A DNA stretch of 64,000 nt, from NCBI GenBank assembly GCA_049976425.1, contig JBMFIG010000002.1, positions 1 through 64,000 on the forward strand, in the 5' to 3' direction. The DNA is from Thermoproteus sp. (GTDB lineage Archaea; Thermoproteota; Thermoprotei; Thermoproteales; Thermoproteaceae). Under the pieces are notes generated by a model. That model was not told the DNA's origin and did no database searches. It worked only from the letters and a program-made list of their open reading frames with translations. Shown one piece after another: positions 1 through 8,402 of this stretch (positions within the stretch are counted from its first letter, which is position 1; each line of letters begins with the position of its first letter). The position numbers and the translations under genes were made by a program.

Positions 1-84
1 TTCAAATCGGTCAGAAGACTAGAACAGACAGGCCTAGCAACCGTAGAGAAGAGAGACGGAAAAAACTTCGTAACGCCGAAATAG
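1..84 (+). CDS. 3' end of a probable winged-helix DNA-binding protein (partial, runs off window)
   Basis: Frame 1 reads FKSVRRLEQTGLATVEKRDGKNFVTPK* (TAG 82-84). This resembles a wHTH recognition helix plus wing (LE..GL..V.K.G..N.V). Confidence 0.5.
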   Translation, partial: FKSVRRLEQTGLATVEKRDGKNFVTPK

Positions 85-172
85 GGCCAGCATGATCTGA
101 TGGGGGTGGGTTGCGGATATACGCATAACTCTATGCGTTTGCTTGCTGGTCTAGAAATTTGGCGTGTTATCG

Positions 173-1339
173 CTATTCGGGGAGTATGAACGCCTCTGCG
201 CTGTACTCCACGGCTTGGGGCAACGCCGACAGTCCCTCTGCTATGGCCCTCTCCACGCTCGCCTCTATCGAGAAGGGATCCAGCCCCCTCATCTTGGCCT
301 CCACGTATGCATAAGCCCTGTTCAGAGGGACCTCCATGCTCTTATTCCACTCGTAGGCGAAATACCTGAGCCTGTAGGTAGGCGGGGTCCACGCCCTCGA
401 CAGAAGCCCCTTCACGACTGAGCGCACTGCCTCGAGATCGCTGGCCGATTCCACAACGATCTGGAGGAAACCGTCGCGGCCGACGCTGTCGAAGTCGACG
501 TAGTAGGAATAGGCCAGGCCCTTGTTGCGCAGGGAGTCGAAGAGGAGGGATTTCGTGCCGGAGGCGAGGTGGAAGGCGGCGGCGTTCAGTCTATAGTAGG
601 CGTCGTCGAGGCTCACCTTGGCCGCGAACGAGTAGTACGCCCCGTCCACCTCCCTGTTCACCTCCTTGGCTAGGAGGGGGCCGCGGGTCATCTCGGGCAC
701 GCGTCTGGGCGGCGCCGTCCCCTCCAGTTTGGAGAACTCCGCCCTAGCCTTAGCCACGTCGGCCTCGCCCACGTTGCCCGCCAGAGCCACCACCATGTTG
801 TCGGGGGTCATCCACTGCTCCTTAAACTCCAATAGCTCCTCCAACGTGGCCGCCGACACGATCTCGGGGGATCCGCCTATCGGCCTCCCCCAGACGCCGT
901 CGCCGAAAAGTGCGCGGAGGCCTAAATCCCCAATCCTCTCGCTGGGGTTCTCCCTCGACATCCTCAGCTCGGAGAGGACGACCCGCCTCTCGTTCTCGAA
1001 ACGGGCCTCCTCGTAGCGCCGGTTGGATATCACCCTCACCGCGACCTCGATGAGGCCGCCCAGCCCGTCGGCCAGCGACTGGAAGGTAAGCACGACGGAC
1101 GATCTATGGGTGTAGGCGTTGGTCTCGCCGCCCAGCGCCTCGACGGCCCTATCCACGTCGAACTCGGGCACGTTGAAGAGCATGTGTTCGAGCAGATGAG
1201 AATAGCCGCTCCGGTCCTCAGGCTCGTAGAGGGGGCCCACCCCGATCCCGATCACCACAGCCGCCAGAGCCGAAGGGTAGGGATCCACAAGCAGGACGAC
1301 CCCATTGTCTAGCCTCTCCTCTCTGAGGGAGCTCCTCAT
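173..1339 (-). CDS. M16 family (insulinase-like) zinc peptidase
   Basis: Inverted zinc motif HLLEH (HxxEH), GG.TNAYT, E..VVLSE and C-terminal LR.KGLAYS. Confidence 0.9.
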   Translation of the reverse strand: MRSSLREERLDNGVVLLVDPYPSALAAVVIGIGVGPLYEPEDRSGYSHLLEHMLFNVPEFDVDRAVEALGGETNAYTHRSSVVLTFQSLADGLGGLIEVAVRVISNRRYEEARFENERRVVLSELRMSRENPSERIGDLGLRALFGDGVWGRPIGGSPEIVSAATLEELLEFKEQWMTPDNMVVALAGNVGEADVAKARAEFSKLEGTAPPRRVPEMTRGPLLAKEVNREVDGAYYSFAAKVSLDDAYYRLNAAAFHLASGTKSLLFDSLRNKGLAYSYYVDFDSVGRDGFLQIVVESASDLEAVRSVVKGLLSRAWTPPTYRLRYFAYEWNKSMEVPLNRAYAYVEAKMRGLDPFSIEASVERAIAEGLSALPQAVEYSAEAFILPE

Positions 1340-1475
1340 ATCTCCGCCCGCAACGTGTCGAGTGGATTTATATAAAGCCGAGGCGACACTAAGTAGCTAA
1401 ACCTCGCCTATTAAAAATTAGCTTGCGCCCATCAACAGATGCGATACCTGCGGAATCTTTGCGGCAACAGTCGGC

Positions 1476-2978
1476 CTATCTAACAGACTCGTCGGAATAT
1501 CTCCTTATAATAGACGGTATATACTTAAGGAGATCGGACGCCGTTATGTGGAAGCCGAGCTCCCTCGCCGCCTCCTCGCCGGCTAGGCCGTTCACGAACG
1601 CGGCTATCGAGGCCGCCGCCATGAGGTCTCTGGCCTTAGTGGCCAAGCCGGCCACGAGCCCCGTGAGCACGTCGCCGGTGCCCCCGACCGTCATTGCCGG
1701 CGTCCCGGTTATGTTGACCTTGACCCGAACCCCGTCGCTGACCACGTCGTATCTGCCCTTCAGCAAAATCACGGCGTTTATCCTCGCCGCCTCCCCCTTC
1801 ACGACGTCTATCCTCTTGTCGAGCTCTGCCGGAGGCTCGACCCCCGTCAACGCCTTGAACTCCCCTGCGTGCGGCGTAAACACAACGAGGCCGGCGGCCT
1901 TTAGGCCGGAGAGGGCCTTGATGGCGTCGGCGTCTATTACCATGGGCATCTTCCCCGATAGCTTCGAAAATACGGCCCGCACGGCCTCCTGGGTCTCCGG
2001 CTCCGTCCCTAGACCGGGCCCTATCGCCAAGACGTCCGCCCTCCGCGCTAGATCGAGCACCTTGTCCACGTGGGCCGGCCTCAACCTATCGCCTGGCAGG
2101 GGGATGGCTATGAGATCCGGTGAATATGCCTTGGCCGCCGCGGCGGCGGGCTCCGGCTCTACCAGGATGGCTAGATCAACCCCGGCCCTCAACGCCGCCA
2201 GCGCCACGTACATGGGAGCTCCCGAATATTCGGCGGAGCCCCCCACTACGACCACGCGGCCGTGGTCGCCTTTCTTGGAGTCGGCCCTCCTAGCGAGGTT
2301 GAGCAGACGGAAATCGCCGGGACCCACGTAGAGCTCGGCCTCGGGAGGTATGCCTATCCGCTCCACCACGAGCCTCCCCACGTAGGCCGTCGCCTGCGGT
2401 TGCAGAAGGCCTCTCTTGGCCTTGTGGAAGGTCACCGTGACGGAGGCCTTAACAGCCTTGTCCCTCACCTCGCCCGTGTCGGGATCCAGACCTGAGGGCA
2501 CGTCGACGGCTATCTTGGGGGCCGGCGCTAGATTCATCAAATCTATGGCGGTCGAGTGCGGCTCCCTCAACTTCCCTCTGATGCCGGTGCCCAACACTGC
2601 GTCGATTATGAGCTGAGCCCAAGTGAACCAGCTCTGGAGGGCCAGGAGCTCCTCGGGGGTTGCCGCCACGGCGATGTCCACGCGCGTCCTCCTCAACGCC
2701 TCGAAGTTCACCTTGGCGAGCTCCTCCCTCGGCTCCCCCAAGACGATAACCCTGACCTCCTTCCCCGCCCCGTGGAGGTGGCGGGCCGCGACCATGCCGT
2801 CGCCGCCGTTATCGCCCGTGCCGGCCACGACGAGGATCCTCTCAGCCGTGGGGAACTCGGAGAGGGCGATCCGCGCCACCGCCGCGCCGGCGTTCTCCAT
2901 CAAAGCCAGGCGGGGCACGCCGAGCCACTCGGCGTTTCTATCGGCGATGTACATCTCGACTGAGGTTATGGACTCCAC
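1476..2978 (-). CDS. nnr: Bifunctional NAD(P)H-hydrate epimerase/dehydratase (YjeF/Nnr)
   Basis: LMENAG, GDNGGDG, DAVLGTG and AVDVPSG in the N domain; GPGLG, VIDADA, TPHAGEF and GGTGDVL in the C domain. Confidence 0.93.
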   Translation of the reverse strand: MESITSVEMYIADRNAEWLGVPRLALMENAGAAVARIALSEFPTAERILVVAGTGDNGGDGMVAARHLHGAGKEVRVIVLGEPREELAKVNFEALRRTRVDIAVAATPEELLALQSWFTWAQLIIDAVLGTGIRGKLREPHSTAIDLMNLAPAPKIAVDVPSGLDPDTGEVRDKAVKASVTVTFHKAKRGLLQPQATAYVGRLVVERIGIPPEAELYVGPGDFRLLNLARRADSKKGDHGRVVVVGGSAEYSGAPMYVALAALRAGVDLAILVEPEPAAAAAKAYSPDLIAIPLPGDRLRPAHVDKVLDLARRADVLAIGPGLGTEPETQEAVRAVFSKLSGKMPMVIDADAIKALSGLKAAGLVVFTPHAGEFKALTGVEPPAELDKRIDVVKGEAARINAVILLKGRYDVVSDGVRVKVNITGTPAMTVGGTGDVLTGLVAGLATKARDLMAAASIAAFVNGLAGEEAARELGFHITASDLLKYIPSIIRRYSDESVR

Positions 2979-3068
2979 GACACGCGATCGGCAGACTCTT
3001 TAAACATAGACGTCCCTGTGTTTTTATCCGACGTTGATAAATGTAGATGCGGGGGTGAGGCCGTGGAG

Positions 3069-3782
3069 ATGAGGGTCAACCTCCTCGCCGTGTTGGGCTC
3101 CGACATCGGCCTCCTCGGCGAGATCGCCGCCGCGCGTATACTGCCGGGCGCCGCCCGCGGCGAGGCCGTCGCCATGCTCGTCGAGGGCCTCCTCTCGTAC
3201 GAGAGGCTCCCCGCCGCCGAGCCCCGCGCAACTGGCCACTCGGGCCGGGGCTACATCTCGGCGTTTATAGAGGGCAGATGGCCCCTGCACAAGAGCTGGT
3301 TCGTCCCATCGCTGGGCCCCGACGGATATAGGCTATTCCTAGATCCCCCTAGGGGCCTTGTCAGATACGTGGGCAGAGACGACGGGAGGTTCCTCGGCAT
3401 ATTGAGGGCAGGCCTCGGAGAGCTCGCGCGCTATGTGGAGCGGGGGACGCCGCCGGAGCACGTCGTCGGGGCCGACTTCTCCGAGGAGGAGCGCCTCGTC
3501 GCCCGCAGACTCCACAAGCTGGTGGACGGGTTGCCGGAGGAGGAGCAAGTAGAGATATTGGAAACTCTGAGGCAGGTCGACCTGCTGTTCGAGAAAGACG
3601 GACAGCTCTACCACGTCGAGGTGAAGACGGGCCTCCGCTTCAAGCCCTCAAAGCTGAGGCGCAAACAGATGGTGTTGGAGGCGAGGCAGAAGGTCCTCGG
3701 GGCGCTGGGGCTGAGGCCGGCCCTAGTCTACATAACGCCGGGGGAGAACTGGGAGGTCGAGGTGAGGCTTGTCGAGCCCTAG
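3069..3782 (+). CDS. Hypothetical protein with C-terminal PD-(D/E)XK nuclease-like domain
   Basis: QVDLLFEKDGQLYHVEVKTG fits the D...ExK core. Start moved to ATG 3069 (AT-rich TATA-like element near 3034). Confidence 0.6.
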   Translation: MRVNLLAVLGSDIGLLGEIAAARILPGAARGEAVAMLVEGLLSYERLPAAEPRATGHSGRGYISAFIEGRWPLHKSWFVPSLGPDGYRLFLDPPRGLVRYVGRDDGRFLGILRAGLGELARYVERGTPPEHVVGADFSEEERLVARRLHKLVDGLPEEEQVEILETLRQVDLLFEKDGQLYHVEVKTGLRFKPSKLRRKQMVLEARQKVLGALGLRPALVYITPGENWEVEVRLVEP

Positions 3783-4019
3783 ACGGCCCTGAGGTCCCTA
3801 CGTTCGTCTCGGCACGTTCGTTGCAATCTCAGGCGGCCTTCGCCCAATATTTCTACGAGCGCGGCCGCGATAGGCAAGCCCTCAGCCCCAGCCCTTAGCC
3901 GGGACCGAGCCACGTTCTCGTCGGCCCCTTGCCTGGCATAGCCGCTCCGTCCCCAAGGGGGATAGAGGGATCGGAGGCGGGCAGGGAGGTTCGCGGAGGG
4001 CGCAGGAGAGGGAGATGGA

Positions 4020-4181
4020 TTACTTGCTCTTGAACTTCTTGAGGCGTAAGTTGCGGCTACCGCACCGCCTGCACTTGACGGCCTCCGGCGGGTTCTTGGC
4101 GCCGCAGTTCCTGCATACTTTGTAGTTGAAGCGGTGCTCCAATACTATCCTCAACTTCTCGGGATCCAATGTGATGGGCAT
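4020..4181 (-). CDS. rpl40e: 50S ribosomal protein L40e
   Basis: Not in the ORF track. Manual translation [53 protein letters not shown] shows the L40e zinc knuckle. Confidence 0.95.
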   Translation of the reverse strand: MPITLDPEKLRIVLEHRFNYKVCRNCGAKNPPEAVKCRRCGSRNLRLKKFKSK

Positions 4182-4218
4182 GCCACCGCCCTACGCGGCT
4201 TTTTTAAGCTTTTCCCCG

Positions 4219-4452
4219 CTACGCGCCCTCCTCAACCACGTCGATGGCCTTGACGGGGCAGGTCATCATGCCGCGCACGGCCTCCGGCACCAGCTCGTCC
4301 GGCACGAGGCCCTCGTAGGGCGACCCCGATCTGTATCGGGGGTTCAGCTCGGCCTTCCCCTCGGGCCCCTCAACGAATATGTCCGGCGCGAGGACGTAGC
4401 AGAGCCCGCAGGCGAAGCACTCGGAGCTGTTTATGGAGACCCGCGCCGTCAT
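4219..4452 (-). CDS. Single-cluster ferredoxin
   Basis: CFACGLC...APDIF...CPVKAI pattern, 77 aa. Confidence 0.88.
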   Translation of the reverse strand: MTARVSINSSECFACGLCYVLAPDIFVEGPEGKAELNPRYRSGSPYEGLVPDELVPEAVRGMMTCPVKAIDVVEEGA

Positions 4453-4754
4453 CTACGCACGTAGAACCTAGGCGGCTCTATCCTTTCGCTGTGGCATCTG
4501 GGGCATTTTGAGGGTCTCTTAAGCCTCTCCCTATCCCTGAACTCGTAGCCGCAGTTTCTGCATTTCGCGGGCACCACGGCCAGCTTGAGGCCCTGTCTCT
4601 TGAGGGTCTTCGCCACGTGTTCCAGCTCGTCGTATATCTCCGACGGCGGTAGGTCGAGACCTGCGGCGTCCCTTATTTGGTACACGTCGAGGGGCTCCTG
4701 GGAGGACAGGAGGACTCTTATTATCCGCTCTCTATCGGTCAAGAACTCAGTCAT
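4449..4754 (-). CDS. HTH plus Zn-ribbon predicted transcriptional regulator (COG3357-like)
   Basis: T.RERII..L, YDELEHVAKTL, PAKCRNCGYEF...PSKCPRCHSERIEPPRF. Confidence 0.85.
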   Translation of the reverse strand: MTEFLTDRERIIRVLLSSQEPLDVYQIRDAAGLDLPPSEIYDELEHVAKTLKRQGLKLAVVPAKCRNCGYEFRDRERLKRPSKCPRCHSERIEPPRFYVRR

Positions 4755-5065
4755 TTAGTGGCCACCGCGCTCTGGAGCCACAAGAGCTTGTACTTGCCCG
4801 CGCTCTTCAGAATGGCGAAGGTGAAGATGTGCTTGTCGGGGCTTTCGCCGTATTTGGCCTCTATCCTCAAGAACCGGGCCCTTTCGGGCGAGTCGGCGGG
4901 ATCCACGTTGGCGTCGAGATACGCCAGCTCCTTGGCCTCAAAGCCCGCGGACGCCAGCCTATTCTTGGCGCAGTCGCCGAGCTGACCTGGACTATCGGCG
5001 ACGCAAGGCTCCTTATCGAACGCCTCCTTGACCCTTCCGTGTAGGAGGGAAATTTCGGCGGACAT
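4751..5065 (-). CDS. Hypothetical protein
   Basis: 104-aa ORF with host-like codon use, TTTAAATA box upstream and ATGA overlap with the next gene. Confidence 0.7.
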   Translation of the reverse strand: MSAEISLLHGRVKEAFDKEPCVADSPGQLGDCAKNRLASAGFEAKELAYLDANVDPADSPERARFLRIEAKYGESPDKHIFTFAILKSAGKYKLLWLQSAVATK

Positions 5066-5218
5066 ACGTCCCTAGACCCCTAGGGTATTTAAATACTTCA
5101 AGACGCCGAGGGTAGTGTTTTAACCTACGCACAAGCGGAGGCGTGAGGAGGCTTGCAAGGGCTGAGCCGTGAGGAGACTGGGCGTGCCGAATTTTTAAAC
5201 ATATTTAGGATTTCGTAC

Positions 5219-5698
5219 ATGTGTATTGATCTCCGCGTGCCTGCCGGGGGCCCCGACACAGCCGCCGTCGCCCTTATTCTCAACGGGAAGAGCTTCCTCC
5301 TCATAAAGAGGGCCGAAAGGCCGGGCGATCCGTGGTCCGGGCAAGTCGGCTTCCCCGGCGGCCGCTGGAAGCCCGGCGAGGATCTCCTGGACACCGCCAA
5401 GAGGGAGGTGGAGGAGGAGGTCGGCCTCAAGCTCCTCGACTCCTATTGGAGAGGCGTGATGGAGCCCGACTCGCCCATGAACGCCCCCTATCTGAAGGTA
5501 TATCCCTTCGTCTTCCAGCCGGCGAAGATAGGCGAGATACGCCTCAGCGACGAGGTGGCGGGCTACAGATGGACCACGAAGGACGAGCTCAAGGAGGTCG
5601 AGTGGCGCGGCCACCCCGCCTTCGAGGTCGGCGGCTGGATCGTCTGGGGCTTGACCTACCGCTTCATAAAGCGGGCGATAGCCTGCGGCATTATATAG
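5219..5698 (+). CDS. Nudix hydrolase, CoA pyrophosphatase-like
   Basis: WSGQVGFPGG, Nudix box GGRWKPGEDLLDTAKREVEEEVG and VWGLT. Start moved to ATG 5219 behind TTTTTAAA. Confidence 0.87.
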   Translation: MCIDLRVPAGGPDTAAVALILNGKSFLLIKRAERPGDPWSGQVGFPGGRWKPGEDLLDTAKREVEEEVGLKLLDSYWRGVMEPDSPMNAPYLKVYPFVFQPAKIGEIRLSDEVAGYRWTTKDELKEVEWRGHPAFEVGGWIVWGLTYRFIKRAIACGII

Positions 5699-5722
5699 CG
5701 CCCCGCGGCGGCCGGCCTCGGG

Positions 5723-6640
5723 CTATACGCGGCCAGCCCACCTGAGTATGCTCTTCACTCTCTTCGCTGGGTGCGGGTGGGTGGACAGGAGATCGGCCAG
5801 CGGGGATACGCGCTCTCTGGACCACTTCTGTAGGAGGTCGTCGGGGTTCGTCTCCTTGATCCGCATGGGCGGGACGGTCAACACTATGCCTCTGAAGGGA
5901 TCCACCCTCACGTTGCTCATATATATCTGGATCTTGGCGAGGGCCCGCGCCAGATACACCGCGGAGGGGCCTAGAAGGCGCGCAGCGTGGAGGTCGGCGT
6001 AGGTCTCGCGCAGTCTGTTAAACCACAGCACGAATATCTGGATGAAGAAGGTGGCGGCGGTCAGCAAGAAACCCACGGCGAGCATCACAAGGCCCAGCAA
6101 CAAGGCGGCCTCATCTAGGGCGGCGAAGAGCAACATCTGGCCCGTATAGAGCATGAACCCGCCTATGGATCCCAGAGCGGACGGTATAAGGCCAAGGGCT
6201 AGGACAAGCTCCATGTCGAAATGCCTCACGTGACCCACCTCGTGGGCCAAGACGGCGTAGAGCTCGTTATCGTCCAGTATGTCGAGGAGCGGCCTCGTGA
6301 CGGCGACGCCCCTTCCCTGGACCAAGTTGCCGAAGGCGAAGGCGTTGGGGAACGGGTCGTCGGTCACGTAAACCCTCGGAGGCTTGACCCCAGAGCTCTC
6401 GGCTATCTTGTGCACCATGTCCTTAAGCCACGAGAACGCCGGGTCGTCGGTCACGTCGCGCGCCCCTCTGCTTATCAACACCGGCGATATGAGCCACTGG
6501 AAAAGCCAGAAGAGGGGAAGCCCCACGGCGAGTGTCCACAACGGTAGCGCCAATATCGACATTATGATATAGGTTACTAGGAACTCGGCGAGCACCGCGA
6601 GCGCGCCTGCGGCGGCCATCTTGAGCCACAGCGACTCCAC
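5723..6640 (-). CDS. htpX: HtpX-like M48 membrane zinc protease
   Basis: PNAFA, AVLAHEVGH, RETYAD, STHP and TM segments. Confidence 0.9.
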   Translation of the reverse strand: MESLWLKMAAAGALAVLAEFLVTYIIMSILALPLWTLAVGLPLFWLFQWLISPVLISRGARDVTDDPAFSWLKDMVHKIAESSGVKPPRVYVTDDPFPNAFAFGNLVQGRGVAVTRPLLDILDDNELYAVLAHEVGHVRHFDMELVLALGLIPSALGSIGGFMLYTGQMLLFAALDEAALLLGLVMLAVGFLLTAATFFIQIFVLWFNRLRETYADLHAARLLGPSAVYLARALAKIQIYMSNVRVDPFRGIVLTVPPMRIKETNPDDLLQKWSRERVSPLADLLSTHPHPAKRVKSILRWAGRV

Positions 6641-6817
6641 GTGAAAAGGGACGAGTTATTATTTTTGTCGACCTGTCTCTAACCCAGCCCTTGACGCCGC
6701 GTCTTTCGCAGAATGCCGGAAGAAGTCGATCTGGGCCTCCCTATGTGGACGCGGGCTCTGGCCGTCTCCGTGCCGGTCTGTGGGGAATGTTTTTATAGAT
6801 ATGGCGCGTCTTCCCCC

Positions 6818-7123
6818 GTGCTCCAGTTGGCGGACTACGCCCTTCTCAGACACGGCATAGTGGCCGGAGCCCGCTTTGTAGAAAGCTCCACCGGCTTCGT
6901 CGAAGGGGCCTACGCCAAGCAGCTGGGCAACCCCACTTGCTTAACGACAGGGAGGGCGGCTATCACTAGATACGTCAGAGAGAGGGAGCACGGATCGGGG
7001 GTCGAGATAGCCGGGGGGATTAGGTCAGAGGGGCAGTCCCGGGCTATTAGAGAAGCCGTAGGCTTCGGCCTAGACCCGGCGCGGGTTGGGCTGGGGATCT
7101 CCACCCCGGAGGCCCTCGCATAA
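6818..7123 (+). pseudogene. deoC: Deoxyribose-phosphate aldolase remnant with a large in-frame internal deletion
   Basis: GTG 6818 sits ~25 nt after TTTTATA. DYALL (DERA N-terminus) is joined directly to AGARFVESSTGF...AGGIR...DPARVGLGISTPEAL (DERA C-terminus), giving 101 aa against ~220 expected. Confidence 0.75.
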
Positions 7124-7539
7124 TGGGGACCTGCCTCTCTATTCTGCAGAGGGCCTCGGAGGCGCGAGGGGCCATAAACGACGCCTCGAGGATTGCCAGC
7201 CGCAGATTTGAAGAGCTCAGCGACGAGGAGATATGGGCTCTGCGGTACCAGATAATTGTGCTCGTGGAAGCCCTCGCCTCTATGTGTATGAAGTTCGCGA
7301 GGGCGGCGTGGGGCCGCGTGTTTTCCTCCTACCGCGAGTGTCTAAGGGAGGTGGATAGGAGGCTGGGGACGGGCTGTGGAGAGGTCCTAGCCGCCTTGGT
7401 GGGTCTCCGCAACCTCCTCGTCCATAGATACTTCGCAGTAGACGACCGGGAGGTGTACGACGCGGTGAAGGGCGACTTCAAATGCGTCCTTGAATTTATC
7501 AAGAGGGTGGAGGAGAATGCGCCCTGTCTACCAAATTAA
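7123..7539 (+). CDS. HEPN (DUF86/HepT-like) RNase toxin
   Basis: LRNLLVHRY is an Rx4HxY motif; sits next to a minimal nucleotidyltransferase gene. Confidence 0.88.
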   Translation: MGTCLSILQRASEARGAINDASRIASRRFEELSDEEIWALRYQIIVLVEALASMCMKFARAAWGRVFSSYRECLREVDRRLGTGCGEVLAALVGLRNLLVHRYFAVDDREVYDAVKGDFKCVLEFIKRVEENAPCLPN

Positions 7540-7891
7540 GCTGGACGAGGTCCTGGAGGCGTTGAGGAGGGCGGCCGGCGGCAGGAGGCTGATTGTGCTC
7601 TTCGGCTCCGCCGTGGAGTCGGGAATGGCGCACGACCTCGACGTCCTTATCGACGGCTCGGATCTGGGAGAGGCCCTCCGCCTCGCGGCTGAGATAGAGG
7701 AGGCTCTGGGCGTCCCCGCCGACGTGGTGCCCGCCGGGCTGGCGCCGCCTTGTCTGGTGGCCGAGGCCTTAACGCGGGGCGTCGTGGTGGCCGCCGACTC
7801 GGACTACTACGACGAGCTACTGTACCTCTCAGTGGGGCAGTGCCAGGACCTCAAGATTAAGCTTAGAGAAGCAGGGATTAACGTATCTTAA
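7517..7891 (+). CDS. Minimal nucleotidyltransferase (MNT/MntA-like) antitoxin
   Basis: VLFGS...HDLDV (GS...DxD) and ADVV. ATG 7517 follows GGAGG and overlaps the HEPN gene. Confidence 0.85.
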   Translation: MRPVYQIKLDEVLEALRRAAGGRRLIVLFGSAVESGMAHDLDVLIDGSDLGEALRLAAEIEEALGVPADVVPAGLAPPCLVAEALTRGVVVAADSDYYDELLYLSVGQCQDLKIKLREAGINVS

Positions 7892-7989
7892 CCCACCTCT
7901 TGTAGCACCTATTCGGCACAAGCGCCGTATATCACGCCTATCGATCAAGCACATCCTCCGACCCACCTTTTTCTCGATATATTTCACAT

Positions 7990-8375
7990 CACCGCTACGT
8001 TATTGCGGCTGTTTGAACTACACGGTAGCCTGGCCTATCCGTTGGGCTTCCACTCGCAAAGATCAAGGGCATCCCGTCGTCGTGTGCCGGTCTGCTCCTG
8101 TTGCCCCAGTCTCTATTAATGGCCATATCCGCGCCTACCTAGGGCTGGCCCTCGCCCTTTCATATCGCCCAATGCGAACGCGGTGATGAGCTCTGTCGAG
8201 CCGAGGCATTACGGCGTGGCGCCGTCGGCGGCCGCCGCGGCGAGGCTTATAGGCCAACCGCTGGGCATGGCCGCATCCGCGTATGTGCCGGCCTCCTTGT
8301 GAGCGTTCGCTTGCCCCTATCGATACCGGCGTCGATCTCGCGGCCGCCGCGCTTTCGCTTGTCAAGAGGCTAATC
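7990..8375 (+). pseudogene. Degraded MFS (DHA2-type) transporter fragment
   Basis: Broken frames read KIKGIPSSCAGLLLLPQSLLMAISAP*, then LGLALAL / FISPNANAVMSSVEPRHYGVA...ARLIGQPLGMA, then AAAALSLVKR. These are collinear with the C-terminal half of the intact MFS at 16038-17441. Boundaries approximate. Confidence 0.65.
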
Positions 8376-8402
8376 GTTTTAAAGAGGAGATAGGCGCGTC
8401 GC

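Noticed and set aside
1423-2331. Long antisense or alternate-frame ORFs (also 10573-11541, 15544-16395, 21990-23066, 27373-28257, 40166-41143, 58479-59378)
   Set aside because: They are shadows of well-supported genes in GC-rich DNA and carry no recognisable motifs.
3783-4019. GC-rich gap considered as SRP RNA (possibly permuted) or minimal RNase P RNA
   Set aside because: I could not find the SRP helix-8 motif or the RNase P P4 consensus on either strand; left unexplained.
8183-8230. GTGATGA...CCGA as a C/D box sRNA
   Set aside because: No terminal CTGA D box at suitable spacing, and the sequence is explained as codons (AVMSSVEPR) of the MFS remnant.
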